A DNA stretch of 64,000 nt from the NCBI GenBank assembly GCA_051362555.1, contig CM120640.1, positions 44,680,788 to 44,744,787 of the forward strand, read 5' to 3'. Below the pieces are notes generated by a model that was given only the letters and a program-made list of their open reading frames with translations, ran no database searches and was not told the DNA's origin. Shown here piece by piece: positions 25,215-37,500 of this stretch (its first letter is position 1; each line of letters begins with the position of its first letter). The DNA comes from Lingula anatina (taxonomy: Eukaryota; Animalia; Brachiopoda). A program made the position numbers and the translations under genes.

Positions 25215-26742
25215 TCCAAAGACAAGGAGCTGCGGTGTCTTCAAGAGAAATGCTACAGCTTCTTTAGATATCTGATCAATTACATGTATTACCTTGTTCA
25301 ATGTTGGCTGAAATTACTGTTTGTTGCTTCTTTTCATTCTTAATATGACCTAATTCACCAGTACAAAATCCTTCACAAAGGAATATTTTACTTATTCATT
25401 TTATCTCTGTATTTATCTGTCTCTGGGGTGTAAGTTATTCTGATAAGATAGGAATAAGCAGCCATCAAAATGTATTTGCTGGGTAGCAATGTCCGTCAGC
25501 TCCATTGTCCCCGTTCAAAATGCGAAAAAGTAACATTCAAAACATCAGAGTGGCTGAATATTAAACATTAATTTCATAAAGGCGTTGGAATCCACTCTTT
25601 GAAGTCAATTTAGATGTGATGCAGACATCTAAAGGGAGGGGCGGGTTGTAGTTTTAAAAAAATGAAACATAAAATGTAAATAAGCACGGGGTGATAAAAG
25701 GTTAAGAAGTAAGAAATGTAGTTGTGTGGGTAAATGTAGGAAATGTCAATGTCAACATTGTATGTGTACACTTGCAAAACATTTGTTTTATTCAGTTGTC
25801 GTCCTTTTTAATTAATTTTTACTCTGAGATCTTGGTAGGGAACACTTCTTAAGCTTTTCTTGTATCTTCCTGTGGTTCTTCACTGAAATAGATTATTCAA
25901 AATAATACAATAATGGTAAGTAATCAAAATTTACCATCTTATTAATCTTATGTTAAAATGATGAAATGACTTGAGTAATAGAACATTTGAATAATAGGTG
26001 CTACAGTGAGTCGGATGCTTTTTCTTATGTATTCGGGGTTATAGGTTCCATATCTGATGTTACTATTGCGATTGGTACATATTAGAGTGAGTACCGTTAC
26101 CAGTTTACTGTCAAGCAAGACTGATAAGGCCAGAATCTTCAATAACAGAGACAACGAACCACCTAAAGCATCTTGGTCAGCCAAAATGAGGAGTGATAAG
26201 AAAATTTGAAGGTGCACTCTAAAGCTCTTGTATGGCTGATCGAATGATTAATTTGATTTATCCCTTGGCATGTCGGCTTTATTTGAGTCTTATAAGAAAC
26301 TTCTAGAAGTGGTATATAGGCGTTTATTAGATCCATGAATGTATCATTATCCAACATTATTCTGTTGGGAATGTTCTTCTAAAAGAGAGGATAGTTGGGA
26401 GATCCATACATGGGATATTTCCTCGGCAACTAATTTGCAGGTCTCAGTTCATGATAGTGATTGTTTCCCCAACTTCATACTTGTAGTACAAAAATATGTC
26501 ATACCCGTACATCCTTTTTAAATAGGTAAAAGATATTCTTTTTAAACAGACAAAAGATGTTCATCTTTTGATTGTTTGATTGTTTGTTCTTCCTTATAAT
26601 GCACATTCAGTAGAACCTATAAGAGATATAAACACTCCTTGTTTTGACTGACTTAGAATCTGTCCCTTCCGTCAAGCTCGGCAGTGAACTATCAGCACTC
26701 AAGATAACCAAACTCCATTTGAAATGAAACAATGGCATTGCC

Positions 26743-26899
26743 AACATAAGAAAAACATGGATTTTACAGCCCTTTAAACATAAGAAAAACACGGATTTTA
26801 CAACTTTTTAAACATAAGAAAACATTAATTTTACAACTCTTTAAACATACGAAAAACATGGATTTTACAACTCTTTAAACATAAGAAAATTAATATAAC
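26743..26899. repeat. 34-bp minisatellite, about 4.5 copies
   Basis: Unit AACATAAGAAAAACATGGATTTTACAACTCTTTA, with CATA at 26745, 26779, 26813, 26846 and 26880. Confidence 0.9.
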
Positions 26900-27938
26900 A
26901 ATCTATGGTTATTATTTACCCTATTCTAATGAAAGGGCACTTATATCTCGTAGACTTACGGCCTCTGTCTCCATTGAATTAGGACCATTTTATAAAAAAT
27001 TAGGATAGAGTACAAATGTGGCTCTCAGAGCTAAAATTTTCGACCAAATACCATTCAATTTAAGAGACAAGTATGGATAAACCTAAAATAAATAAATAAA
27101 TAAATAAATAAAGTTCGTCGTAAAATTACAAAATTACACTCGGTCTATTAATCAAAGGTTCGGAAAAGTGAAGATGCACTTAACATGAAGTGTACGTTCG
27201 CTTTTTTAGCTTAGGTTGGAAAATCCCCACCTTTTATGTCCACAAATAGAGCACTAGTCAGTTAGTTTACGCATTACAAAGTTGCCGTCAAAAGTCCCGT
27301 CACTTGTACAACATGTTGCAAAATAAATCAATTTGATTTCGACAACAATTACCTTTAAACACGATTTTTGTGTCTCTTCACTTTTCTGGATCTTGGACCA
27401 CGCAGCTTAAGCGCACATTCCCACGCAGCCACACACCGCTACACCGCCGTGGGCTTTGACGTACTTGGTCGGTACGTCCTCATTGTTGTCGCTGTATACC
27501 CACACAACATTTCTGCTTACTTTCGCGATAAAAGACCTACCCTCTTAAACATATCCCCGAACGAGTAGTAACAATGCTTTACAAAACTGGATACATTGAT
27601 AGCCTATAATCATTCACCAATCTATCTAGAATAATTATCGACCATGTTTTAGTCTCGACAAATTTAATTATTGCAATTAAAATATTATCACTCTAAAGAC
27701 AGTTTCTGAAATAAGCCGTTGGAGAATTAGCTGGCTAAATCAATAAATAAGTCTTTTGACCCGTTAGGTGGAGACACTTGGTCTCCAGATTCGGCGGTAA
27801 AATCAGGCACCGAGAAACACAGCCATTCAGTCGTATATTGAACTCTGAACTCACTGCCAAGCTTGAATTTGATATATTTAATATAACCGCTATAACGACT
27901 GGTTAAGAAACAGAAATAATCTCAAAGAACTAGCAAAC

Positions 27939-29991
27939 ATGTCGAGCACCGAGCCAGCAACAGTTGCAGGGGAGGAGGTGAAGGTGACGCTAGGACCTGA
28001 TGATATTGATATTATGAACAGAGATCCAGACGAAATCAACCAGCATCTAAAGGTGGGTACGTAAATGAGACCATACATGTACATTTAGTCAGAACAACAT
28101 TGTGAAATCTGAGGACAAAGAAACCTTTTTCTTGAAATTCCCGTTATGTTGATCGATAACCATTGTTATTGAGTAGAGCGTTATTAATAAGATATTTCAG
28201 AGGGTAGTGATTTAGTACTATGTGCCAACTATGGTATAAAACGTGGGACGTGAATATTAGACCCTTATTAATATTAAGAATTAGATTAAAATTATAATAT
28301 TGAGAGAGGGGGGGAGGGGAGAGAGAAGAAGAAGAGGAGGAGGAAGTACAAAATCAGCATCAGAGTATCATTTCAGTGGTTGGATTTTTTCCAAAAAAAA
28401 AAAATAATAATAAAAAATAATAATAATAATTCAGCGGAAGAGAATGTCGCCTCATATCGGTATGGTCGTGACGTTAAAGCTCTTATTTTGTCCGTAGGCA
28501 GAGGGAGGGGATTAATTAGAACAGCCCTTTGGTCTACTATGAATCAAAATTTGATATTCTATCTCTCAAATAATGTCAACTAAGAGGGTAAAAAGGCCCA
28601 CATTTTCGGAAAAAGAACGTCTCTTTGAAATTGCTGGCTGCAAGCCTGTACCCTTAATATAATCTTAAACATGTTTTCATCATTCCATTTAGCTTAAAAT
28701 AATACTGCTCAAAACAGTTCGAAGCTGCGTCCTTTCCCAAGTTTCTGTGTGTTTCTGCTTATGTGAAAGCACGCTTTGTAATATGGAGGGTAAGAGGCGT
28801 TAAGTCACAGATCAAACACAGGTTAATGCTTTAGACAATCTCAAGCAAGATAGCTTTAAACAATGAGCTACATACAATTTACAATCTTACGTAACTTTCA
28901 AGAGACGGGGCATTTTAAGCCAACGTTTATCTAAATCTATAGAACGAAGGTCGGAATGCAGGGTCGGATCAGTACTAATATTCAATACTATACTTTAATG
29001 TCTTTTAACGGGCTTAGAATAAATGTGCTATAGCATAACTACTAATGAAATATAATAACTTAAATTCGTAAAACAGTTAACTAAATAATATTAAAGATGA
29101 ACACAATACATTTTTTATTAAAGGCGTTTGTGATGTTACTGATAATAAAATAATTTTTGATTCCATCCCCACTTAATGTAACACTAACTACATGCTTTTA
29201 AAAAAATTAAATCATCTTTATTCAGCTTCACTATTAACCACCATTAACTTTCAAGAGCACGATTCTAGTGGTAGACCGTCATATATGAAAAACACATTCC
29301 TAACAGCTATCACAATTGATGGACCGAAAAACATCTAACACAATTTGCTCATTTCTATCAAATAACAGATTTCCTGCGTATTAAAAAAATTCACATATTT
29401 ACTTTCGTGTCGTTTATGACGTGTTCTTTTAATATATCGTTATCTTATAGAACATTTCTATAATTAATTTTTAACTTGATTGTGTCAAGTCGACATCTAT
29501 TTAACAAACTCATTTTGTGTTTATTTGTTAATAAGTGCATGCAACAGAAAATACTATACATAAATGACTAAACTTCTTCGTTCAAATAACTCTTGTCTTC
29601 CTTCATTTTACAAGATCAAACGGGTCCTTAAACTGTTCTTATTTTGCAGGTGACCTTCTCCGATATATTTGCTGAACCACACCCGACCATCTTCAGCTTC
29701 GACAAGGTGTGGGTTCTCAGTTACCAGGCCTTCACAGCGACACAGCTGTGGTGTTATCGTATCCTCAGTCTAATCTGCGGGCTTCCGTGTGCCGTGTGCT
29801 GGGGGATCGAGTTTGCTTGCATCTCATTCTGTAACATATGGGTGTGCGTGCCGTACGTCAAGGCCTTTTACATCAGTCTTCATTGCATCCGCAAGATCTT
29901 TGAGCCCTTCATGGACACTTTCGTCGCACCTTGCTATCTTGCAATGGGTAAAATATTCTCCAGTATCAAGGTTTTAGTTGTGAGGGAATGA
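27939..29991 (+). CDS. Caveolin (caveolin-1/3-like), paralog A, 151 aa, 2 coding exons
   Basis: Exons 27939-28052 (..NRDPDEINQHLK) and 29650-29991 (VTFSDIFAEP..SFDKVW..WCYR..). Caveolin signature, scaffolding and intramembrane segments, with a phase-0 intron before the signature. Confidence 0.95.
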
Positions 29992-31918
29992 TAAAATAAC
30001 TTACTGAAGACTTCTTACGATCTTATGGATTTAATTGTTTACCAAGGTGTGCTTTGAAGATCATTACAAGGCTGACATTAAAAAGCCACAATTTAACTAA
30101 AGTTTACATCTATGCAGTTGTTTTGAGATGAATCCTAGTTCTGTGGCGAGTTTTTTGCACGTGCTTTACAGTGACTGTAGAACTTGACAATACTGTCAGC
30201 AAAGTAGATGCAAATTTCAGTGAAAAGAAGAACAGGATGTGCCTAGTCATATAATAAGCAGAGTTAAAGAGAGGCAGCCGTCATTTTTTTCTTCATTTTT
30301 GTATAAAATTCAAATGAATAGCGTGGACATTTGAATAAGAGTATTTATAATTGAAAATAAAATTGAACCCATACAATTTGAAGAAAGAATTTTATTTAAT
30401 ATGAAGAAGGTTGCATACACATTTCAAAAATATATGTGATCTTTCAGCATTTTATCCGTAATTGTACGAAACTTTTACACAAGCCTAGTGTGTATGTATA
30501 TTAACTGAAAGAATTTCTTACATATATCAGTGGTTTGCTTTAAGTTGATTAGGTGTTTTTTCGGTTATCATAATCAGAGCTTTTTGGATACAATTCCCAA
30601 TGATGCGTTTGATAGATAGAACGATTTATCTTATATTCAAAATCTCCTTATGGGATATTACGGACTTTCTCACAATTGTCATCATCAAATGAAAATTGGC
30701 ACACCTAGAACTAAAATACAGAAACCGAATATACACCAAATCATTTAGAGACTACTTCCATCAGGATTGTCTTTACAACGTTGTAGCTGCGGTGGGGGGT
30801 CTATTCTTGTCACTGCTATCTAATTGCTAAACGGTATTTTGAACTGAAACCGATTCTCTTCAGAATGGAAGAAAATGATAATGTTGGCCACAACGACAGT
30901 ACAATTCACTGCATATTTACCCTGGGTGTAATAAGACCCAACCGTCTCTCTTCTATCTACCTTTATTGAAAGAGATTTAATCAGCTCTACGGTGGAGAAG
31001 CGTCTAATCCGCATGATTATAGAGGTCGTCCATCATACCTTTGAGTTATCCCACTATGACGAAGACTGAGCGGGGTTTAGCGCCATTCCGAGCTAATATC
31101 GGGTCAATGACTCGAACTCAATTTATTTTATAGCTATATTTAATTCAGGTAAAGCTGCATGCAACCATCACCGTACACCTTTTTATTTTGACAAATAGCA
31201 GAATAGGAGGATTTTATGGACGTGTTTCAATGAACGGGAAGATATGGATTCTTGATGATATAACAGTCACTCCCCTGTTGCTTCATGCCCCAGTAATACA
31301 ATACGATGTCCAAAAGCGACTCGCATACCTCTCCCAATTGTCCTTGTTTCTTGAAGTAAACTCCCTTATGCAACGGACAGTTGATTAAGAGTTTCGTGTC
31401 ATTTGTAAATGACAGTATGCAAAACCCCAGGGCATTTGATTTCAAAGTTGCTGGGGACAGGCTGCAACGCTCTCCACACTAGGGCGTCAACATTTATTGC
31501 ACAGGTCGAAGTAAGCAAGGAGGCAGAGTAGAAACAGAGGTAAAAAGTAAGTACTGGGGTATGAAAATAGCTAAACGAAATAAGTTGAGCTGAACAATAT
31601 GTTAGTAAGCATTTAAGTCGCTTATTTATTCCTTTAGACACCACCACCCCTCAGAGAAATTGTTATTCTGTATTTGAAGTTTTGTCACTAAAATATAATT
31701 CCCCTCCAGCCGTCTTTCCAAAACCATATAACACGATTTATCATTGGCTATGAGGTGCAATAGATGGTGGATCGACTTTTCTTCCCAATTCTTTCTTCTC
31801 GGTATCATGGTTCAGTCCGATTTAAGAGATATATACGCTTTTTGCATCTTGTCTTATTTTACTTAGTGGTTAAATAGACCGCGTTTATTCATGTTAATAA
31901 TATAATTCAAGGATCACC

Positions 31919-32718
31919 ATGGCAGACGACACAAACAAGCTCGACGAATCCACAAACGTAACTGTTGCCGGAGAAGAAGTTAAAAAAGAAACGTCAGACT
32001 CCATAAGTATTGACATAGTTGATCGTGACCCAGAACACATAAATGATCACTTGAAGGTGAGATATTTTTAGCTAACGCCCATCATTGCTGAAAAAATAGG
32101 CAAATATGTGAAATATTTAGGCGTATTTGTAAAATTGCAAACCAAAATGTATGATACCATCATAGGCCGATCAGAATATTAAGTGAATTTTGAAATGAAA
32201 ATGTATACAACAAACGTCCATTTCAATGTCAAGGCCACACAAGCCTTAATAGTTAAAAGACTTTAGTTGCTAGCACGCCATATGAGAACGTTAAAGGAAG
32301 GCATTAACAAAAAATTCATTACTTCAAAACTTCCAAATTAAATTTCTCAGAAATGTTTCTTTTTTATATATCACAGGTGGCATTCGACGAGATCTTCGCA
32401 GAGCCGCACCCAAATATCTTCAGCTTTGATCAAATCTGGATCCTCAGTTACCGCGTTTTCGCCGCCACCAAACTGTGGACATACCGCATCTTGAGCGTCA
32501 TCTGTGGGCTGCCCTGTGCCGTCTGCTGGGGCATCAGTTTCGCGTGCATCTCATTCTGTAATATCTGGGTGTACGTGCCAGCTCTTAAGGCGTGGTTCAT
32601 ACAGATGGACTGCGCACGCAAAATATTTGAGCCTTGCATGAACACTTTCGTCGCTCCGTGCTACCTAGCTTTTGGGAAGCTTTTTAGTAGCATTCACGTG
32701 ACATGGACCAAAAACTGA
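31919..32718 (+). CDS. Caveolin (caveolin-1/3-like), paralog B, 159 aa, 2 coding exons
   Basis: Exons 31919-32056 (..DRDPEHINDHLK) and 32377-32718 (VAFDEIFAEP..SFDQIW..WTYR..). Same intron position and same exon-2 length (342 nt) as paralog A. Confidence 0.95.
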
Positions 32719-34574
32719 GACGAGAAGCATAGACTTTTAAAGAAAGATTCGTCGTCACACCCGCGTGCACATTAAAGTGAAGGGTAGTAACCACATTTTG
32801 AGCACGGCTGCGGGCGGTGTTGCCACTCAGAAATCTACTTAATGGCAATATAATACAGCTAGAATAACAAGACTGATTTTAGCTAAAAAGTAAATAAATA
32901 ACGTTATAACCAAATATCAAGAGTACACTTTTTATTTGCCACAGAGCAAGAGATTTACAGCACTAACGTCAGACACCTACACTGTATAAATAAATCGAGG
33001 TGAAGCATTCGACTGCAATAATTATTAAAGATACGAATTTTACATTATTTCGATCTATGTACATATAACTTGGTGTGACAACGCAACCCGGCGTATGATG
33101 TATAAGTCAGTCGTCTCATTTCACATTAAAAAAGAAGTTTCACATGATAACAAAAAAATTTTCAAAAAAGTACCCGATTAAGTTAGAACAACAAAAGTAC
33201 CGGAATTCAAAACGTTACCATAAAACAGAAATCTGTAGAACTTACTAGTTCCAGGTAAAACTGAGTATCACCAGCAATCACACTGGGGATACAATAAAAC
33301 CAGTTATAATATGAACCAACCAACCTCTTGTTGTGTGTCTTAATCTTAAACAATTGACCACATTATCGTTGTACACTACACTCTTGAAGAGAACTGCCCG
33401 AAGTATGACGCTTTTGAAACTATCACGACAGCGCTCACTAAAATATATATATTTACAATGCTTTAAAACTTTCAATGATGTTAAATTTTGAGTGTACTAT
33501 ATATATACACACACACATACCTTGGCAATAAACTGCTGGTATTCAATAACACACAATGACGTTCTCGTTTAATCATAATTTATGCAACTGCACTTAGCTG
33601 TATATTAATTGAAAAAAATGTATTACAGACAAGTAAAATTTTGTCTGGTCATAGTTGCCATCATGACAATTTTTTTTAACAATTTGTAAGCAAAAATAAC
33701 CACGTGTAAATAATGCAAACCAGTGCTCCCATAATGGTCACAAATTAGTCCTTACTCCTCATCTTTATATAAATAAGTATTGTAGCCGAACAAGTTTTCA
33801 GTCTACAAAATAAAACTTCTCTGGGAAGTATCTTTACAATTCACAATGCTGCATACTGTAAAAGAAACAATGTTATAACATTATGATGGGCAGTAAGGAA
33901 ATAAAATTTTGACAATCCCTTGAATTTGAAACCACTCATTAAAGAGACAGATACTGCTAAAAGCATATAATGATAACAAGAAGAATTTCAGAAAACTGAA
34001 TGAGTCAGTTTTCTTTTGCTCCCATATAACATGCACTGATATAAGTATTTTTACAATAACTACCATATTCATTTACACCACAAAATTACTAGTCTGCAAA
34101 AAAAAAACTTATATAATTTATACAAAATACCCTTGTTTTGTTAAATTTCATCTCAAATCTTTCCTAGTCTTGTTAATTTTTTCACCCCAAATCCAGTCAC
34201 CTCAAAACAACAAGTTCATCCAAAGAATACAAAGACAACCCAGTGTTTGCTGTTTGGGATTTGTTATGAAAGTAACTAGATGAATTACGTACCTAGTAAA
34301 CAAGCCTTGCTGCACAGGCTTTCAAAAATGTAGAATGTAAAATGTGAAATTTGGTCATTTGCCAGTCATGGTCATTTGCATGGAGTTGTACATGGAATCT
34401 GAACCCTACTCTCTCTCTCCATTTCATCTTTCTTACTTTATTTGTTCCCTGTTGGCAAGATCTCCCTGCGCTATATCAATTCTACTAATTTTTTCTCCAT
34501 GTTGTACATTTGGGAGCTGAAGATTACATGCAAACTATTTTCTACACTTTCACTTCAAGTATTCGCTCCTTGCT

Positions 34575-37500
34575 TCACTTCCTTCTTTTACCCTTAGGAG
34601 AACTGTAAGCATGATCAGAAGGTCCTGACTCCATCTGCTCTGCACGGTTGTAGGTATAGCCAGGCAGCTTCAGTTCCAGCAGTTCTATAAAGTACTGCTC
34701 CAGCTTGGCACCACACTTGCCCACATCGGAGTCAGTCTGAAAGGATTTAAAAATAATGATTATCCACAACATCAAACCAGAAAACAAAAAAGAAAAACTG
34801 AAATGGTTATGGAATTTTTCTTGTAAATCAACTGTAATACCAGTTATTTTTGAAAAAAATCTTATTCATGTTGCTTCTATCTTACAAATCGTGATGTCTT
34901 TCATATTTTTGACTGAAAAAGTGTGTTTATCATTATTTACATCAATTAACATTTCCTGGTACTGTTTTACTGTTTTACACTGTTTTATGTTAAGTAGCAA
35001 TATTTGCAAACTATTTGTATATATATTACGAAAATTATGAAAATTGTGCTGAACTTCACAACTTTTTTGGTACTCACAGAATTATAAGTTGCAGAGTTCC
35101 CAAAAAGAAGTTCCACATCATGAATAAAATCTTCTGGTATAGGGTAGTCCTTGCAGATTAATTTGTTCTTTATGGTCGTCAGGTCAATAGGACGGCTGAT
35201 GACCTCAAAATAATCTGGTACCTAAATTAAGAAAGACGCAGTTGAGAGTTAACCATTTATATCATAAAACATTTTAAATGGCTGCATTTGAAGATGATAT
35301 CCCGATTTTAAAAAGCATTTTGCAAAGTTATCAATAATGATATCACACAGTAGCAACTAGGAGCTTGATATAAAGCAAATTTTTTACCTCATTCTTCTTG
35401 ACTGGCTCTCTAAATGGCCAGCTAGTGCGATGTCTCCAAACTCTTCCAAGAATATCTTCACAAATCTGAAACACAAACTTTATTTTTTATTGAGCAGTTT
35501 TTGCATTAATATTTGTTTTCTTAATGCATGCATAACATATGCCAAATTCTAATCAGGATAATCTTACACCTGCTGTATGACGTAAATCTAACATTAAGCT
35601 ACAATACTATGAGATATTTCTGCAGAGCACTCACACTTAAAGTTATTATACCCTGGCCAAACAGTATACCTGTCTGATGACCTTCAAGGCCAATTTAATT
35701 CCTTTTGAAATTATCCCACCCTGAACAAGGCTAAAGTACCACATATTGCACAACAGCAGATGAAGGAACATTCAATTATACCTAATGTAAGAAATGAATG
35801 AAAATCCATCTCCTAACTTCGTGCAATTACAATTAAATCCTGAGCAATATTTGAAAAATAAATGTGACTCACATGAATAACTCTGATACGGGAACTTACA
35901 TTTAGCAACTGACTGACGTTGCAGTCTTAACCAAAGTTCTCAGTCAGTCAGTTGCTAAATGTAAGTTACAGTATCAGAGTTATTCATATTCATCATTCTT
36001 ATTTTATTGGTTAACGAGCAACATTCATTCATAAATGTGGCTCCTTTCTATCTTTTACCCACCTTCATCTCTTCTGCTGCATTTGCACTCTTCTTTTGCT
36101 TAGCACTGTACTTCTGCATGTTATGTCTGGGGTTTTCTTCTCCAGAGGAGGTGGGTTCCTCCTCACTCGTTTCTTCGTGCTTTCTTTTTCTTGAGGTCTT
36201 GGAATAGCATTTAGCTTTTGCTTTGCTACTGTCCTCCTTGCATGCTGAACAGGACCATGTGCCCCTGAGAAATCAACAAATATATCTGTAATTTCTGTTT
36301 TAGTTTCACAACAAACAACAACATGACTGAAAAAATGTTTGAAAAAAATTATGTGCAATTTTAAAACAGGCAAAAAAAATTTTACATCTTTATCATAAAT
36401 GATGCACATTTTGATGAGTGTGAAAAGAAAGATATAACCAAAAAAATTTGACAAGCATAGAATGGGCATCCAAACTCAACATGGTCTTCATCTCTACTTC
36501 TGATATAAAAGTTCACCTTGGAGGTCTTCGTAAAGCAGGTTCATGGCAGTCTTGATGATAAGCCTTGGGACAGGTAGAACAGTAGATCAAGTTATCTGTG
36601 GCTTCACACACTGTGCACGCCTCATCATGGACTATTTCTTCCTCCTCCTCATCCTCTTCTTCTTCCTCCTAAAATGATATAAATAGATTGTGAACATTCT
36701 GACATTACATCAATTACCTACTGATCATCACCAAAAACTGAAAAGAAGATCAAATAAATCTTTTAAAAATTATTTTCACAAGGCACTATACTAGAGAAAG
36801 CAAAATGACAGAGTACAAAATATTTTGGTGATTGCAGCACTCTTTGACATACTGTAAGTCTATAATCACTTAAACAACATTCACAGAAAACTAAACCAAA
36901 CCAAAAGAAGATGTGAAAAACACCCTCTTATATAAAGTGGAAATCACAGTAAGTCCACTATATCTATGTACCTCTGATGATGAAGATTCCTCAGACTCTT
37001 CAGATTCTACTTTGTAATTTGGACGCCTCTGGCCTCTCCTTGCAGACGGCTAAAAAGTGAAGGATGAAATAGCACAAAACTTTTCAAATATTTTACCTTT
37101 GCTGATCAGGTTTCTTGGAACCCAGACATTTCAACCATTTTAATCAAGGATGTGACAAAATTATATGATCACATGCCTGACAAAATCAGAAATAAACAAA
37201 GTGTGCCCATGGCTCATGAAACTTTGTCATAAATTCACAATGTATAAATTCACTCCTCTAAAATATCAAATTTTTAAAACCTAGAATTACTCAACAAAGT
37301 GGCAATGTGAAAAAAATTGATTTGTATTTTTTTTCTTTTTTTAAGCAAAGCTGTGCTAGAGCAAGTCAAGAAAAGTAAATTTCAGTTTACCTTGGCAGTT
37401 GTCCCTCTCCTGGAGTTCCTGGTATTTCTACCACGGGTTCTGTTTGTACCCATCTTACAATCAGTGCAGGACCAGGGACCCCTGTAACGACAAATTAATT

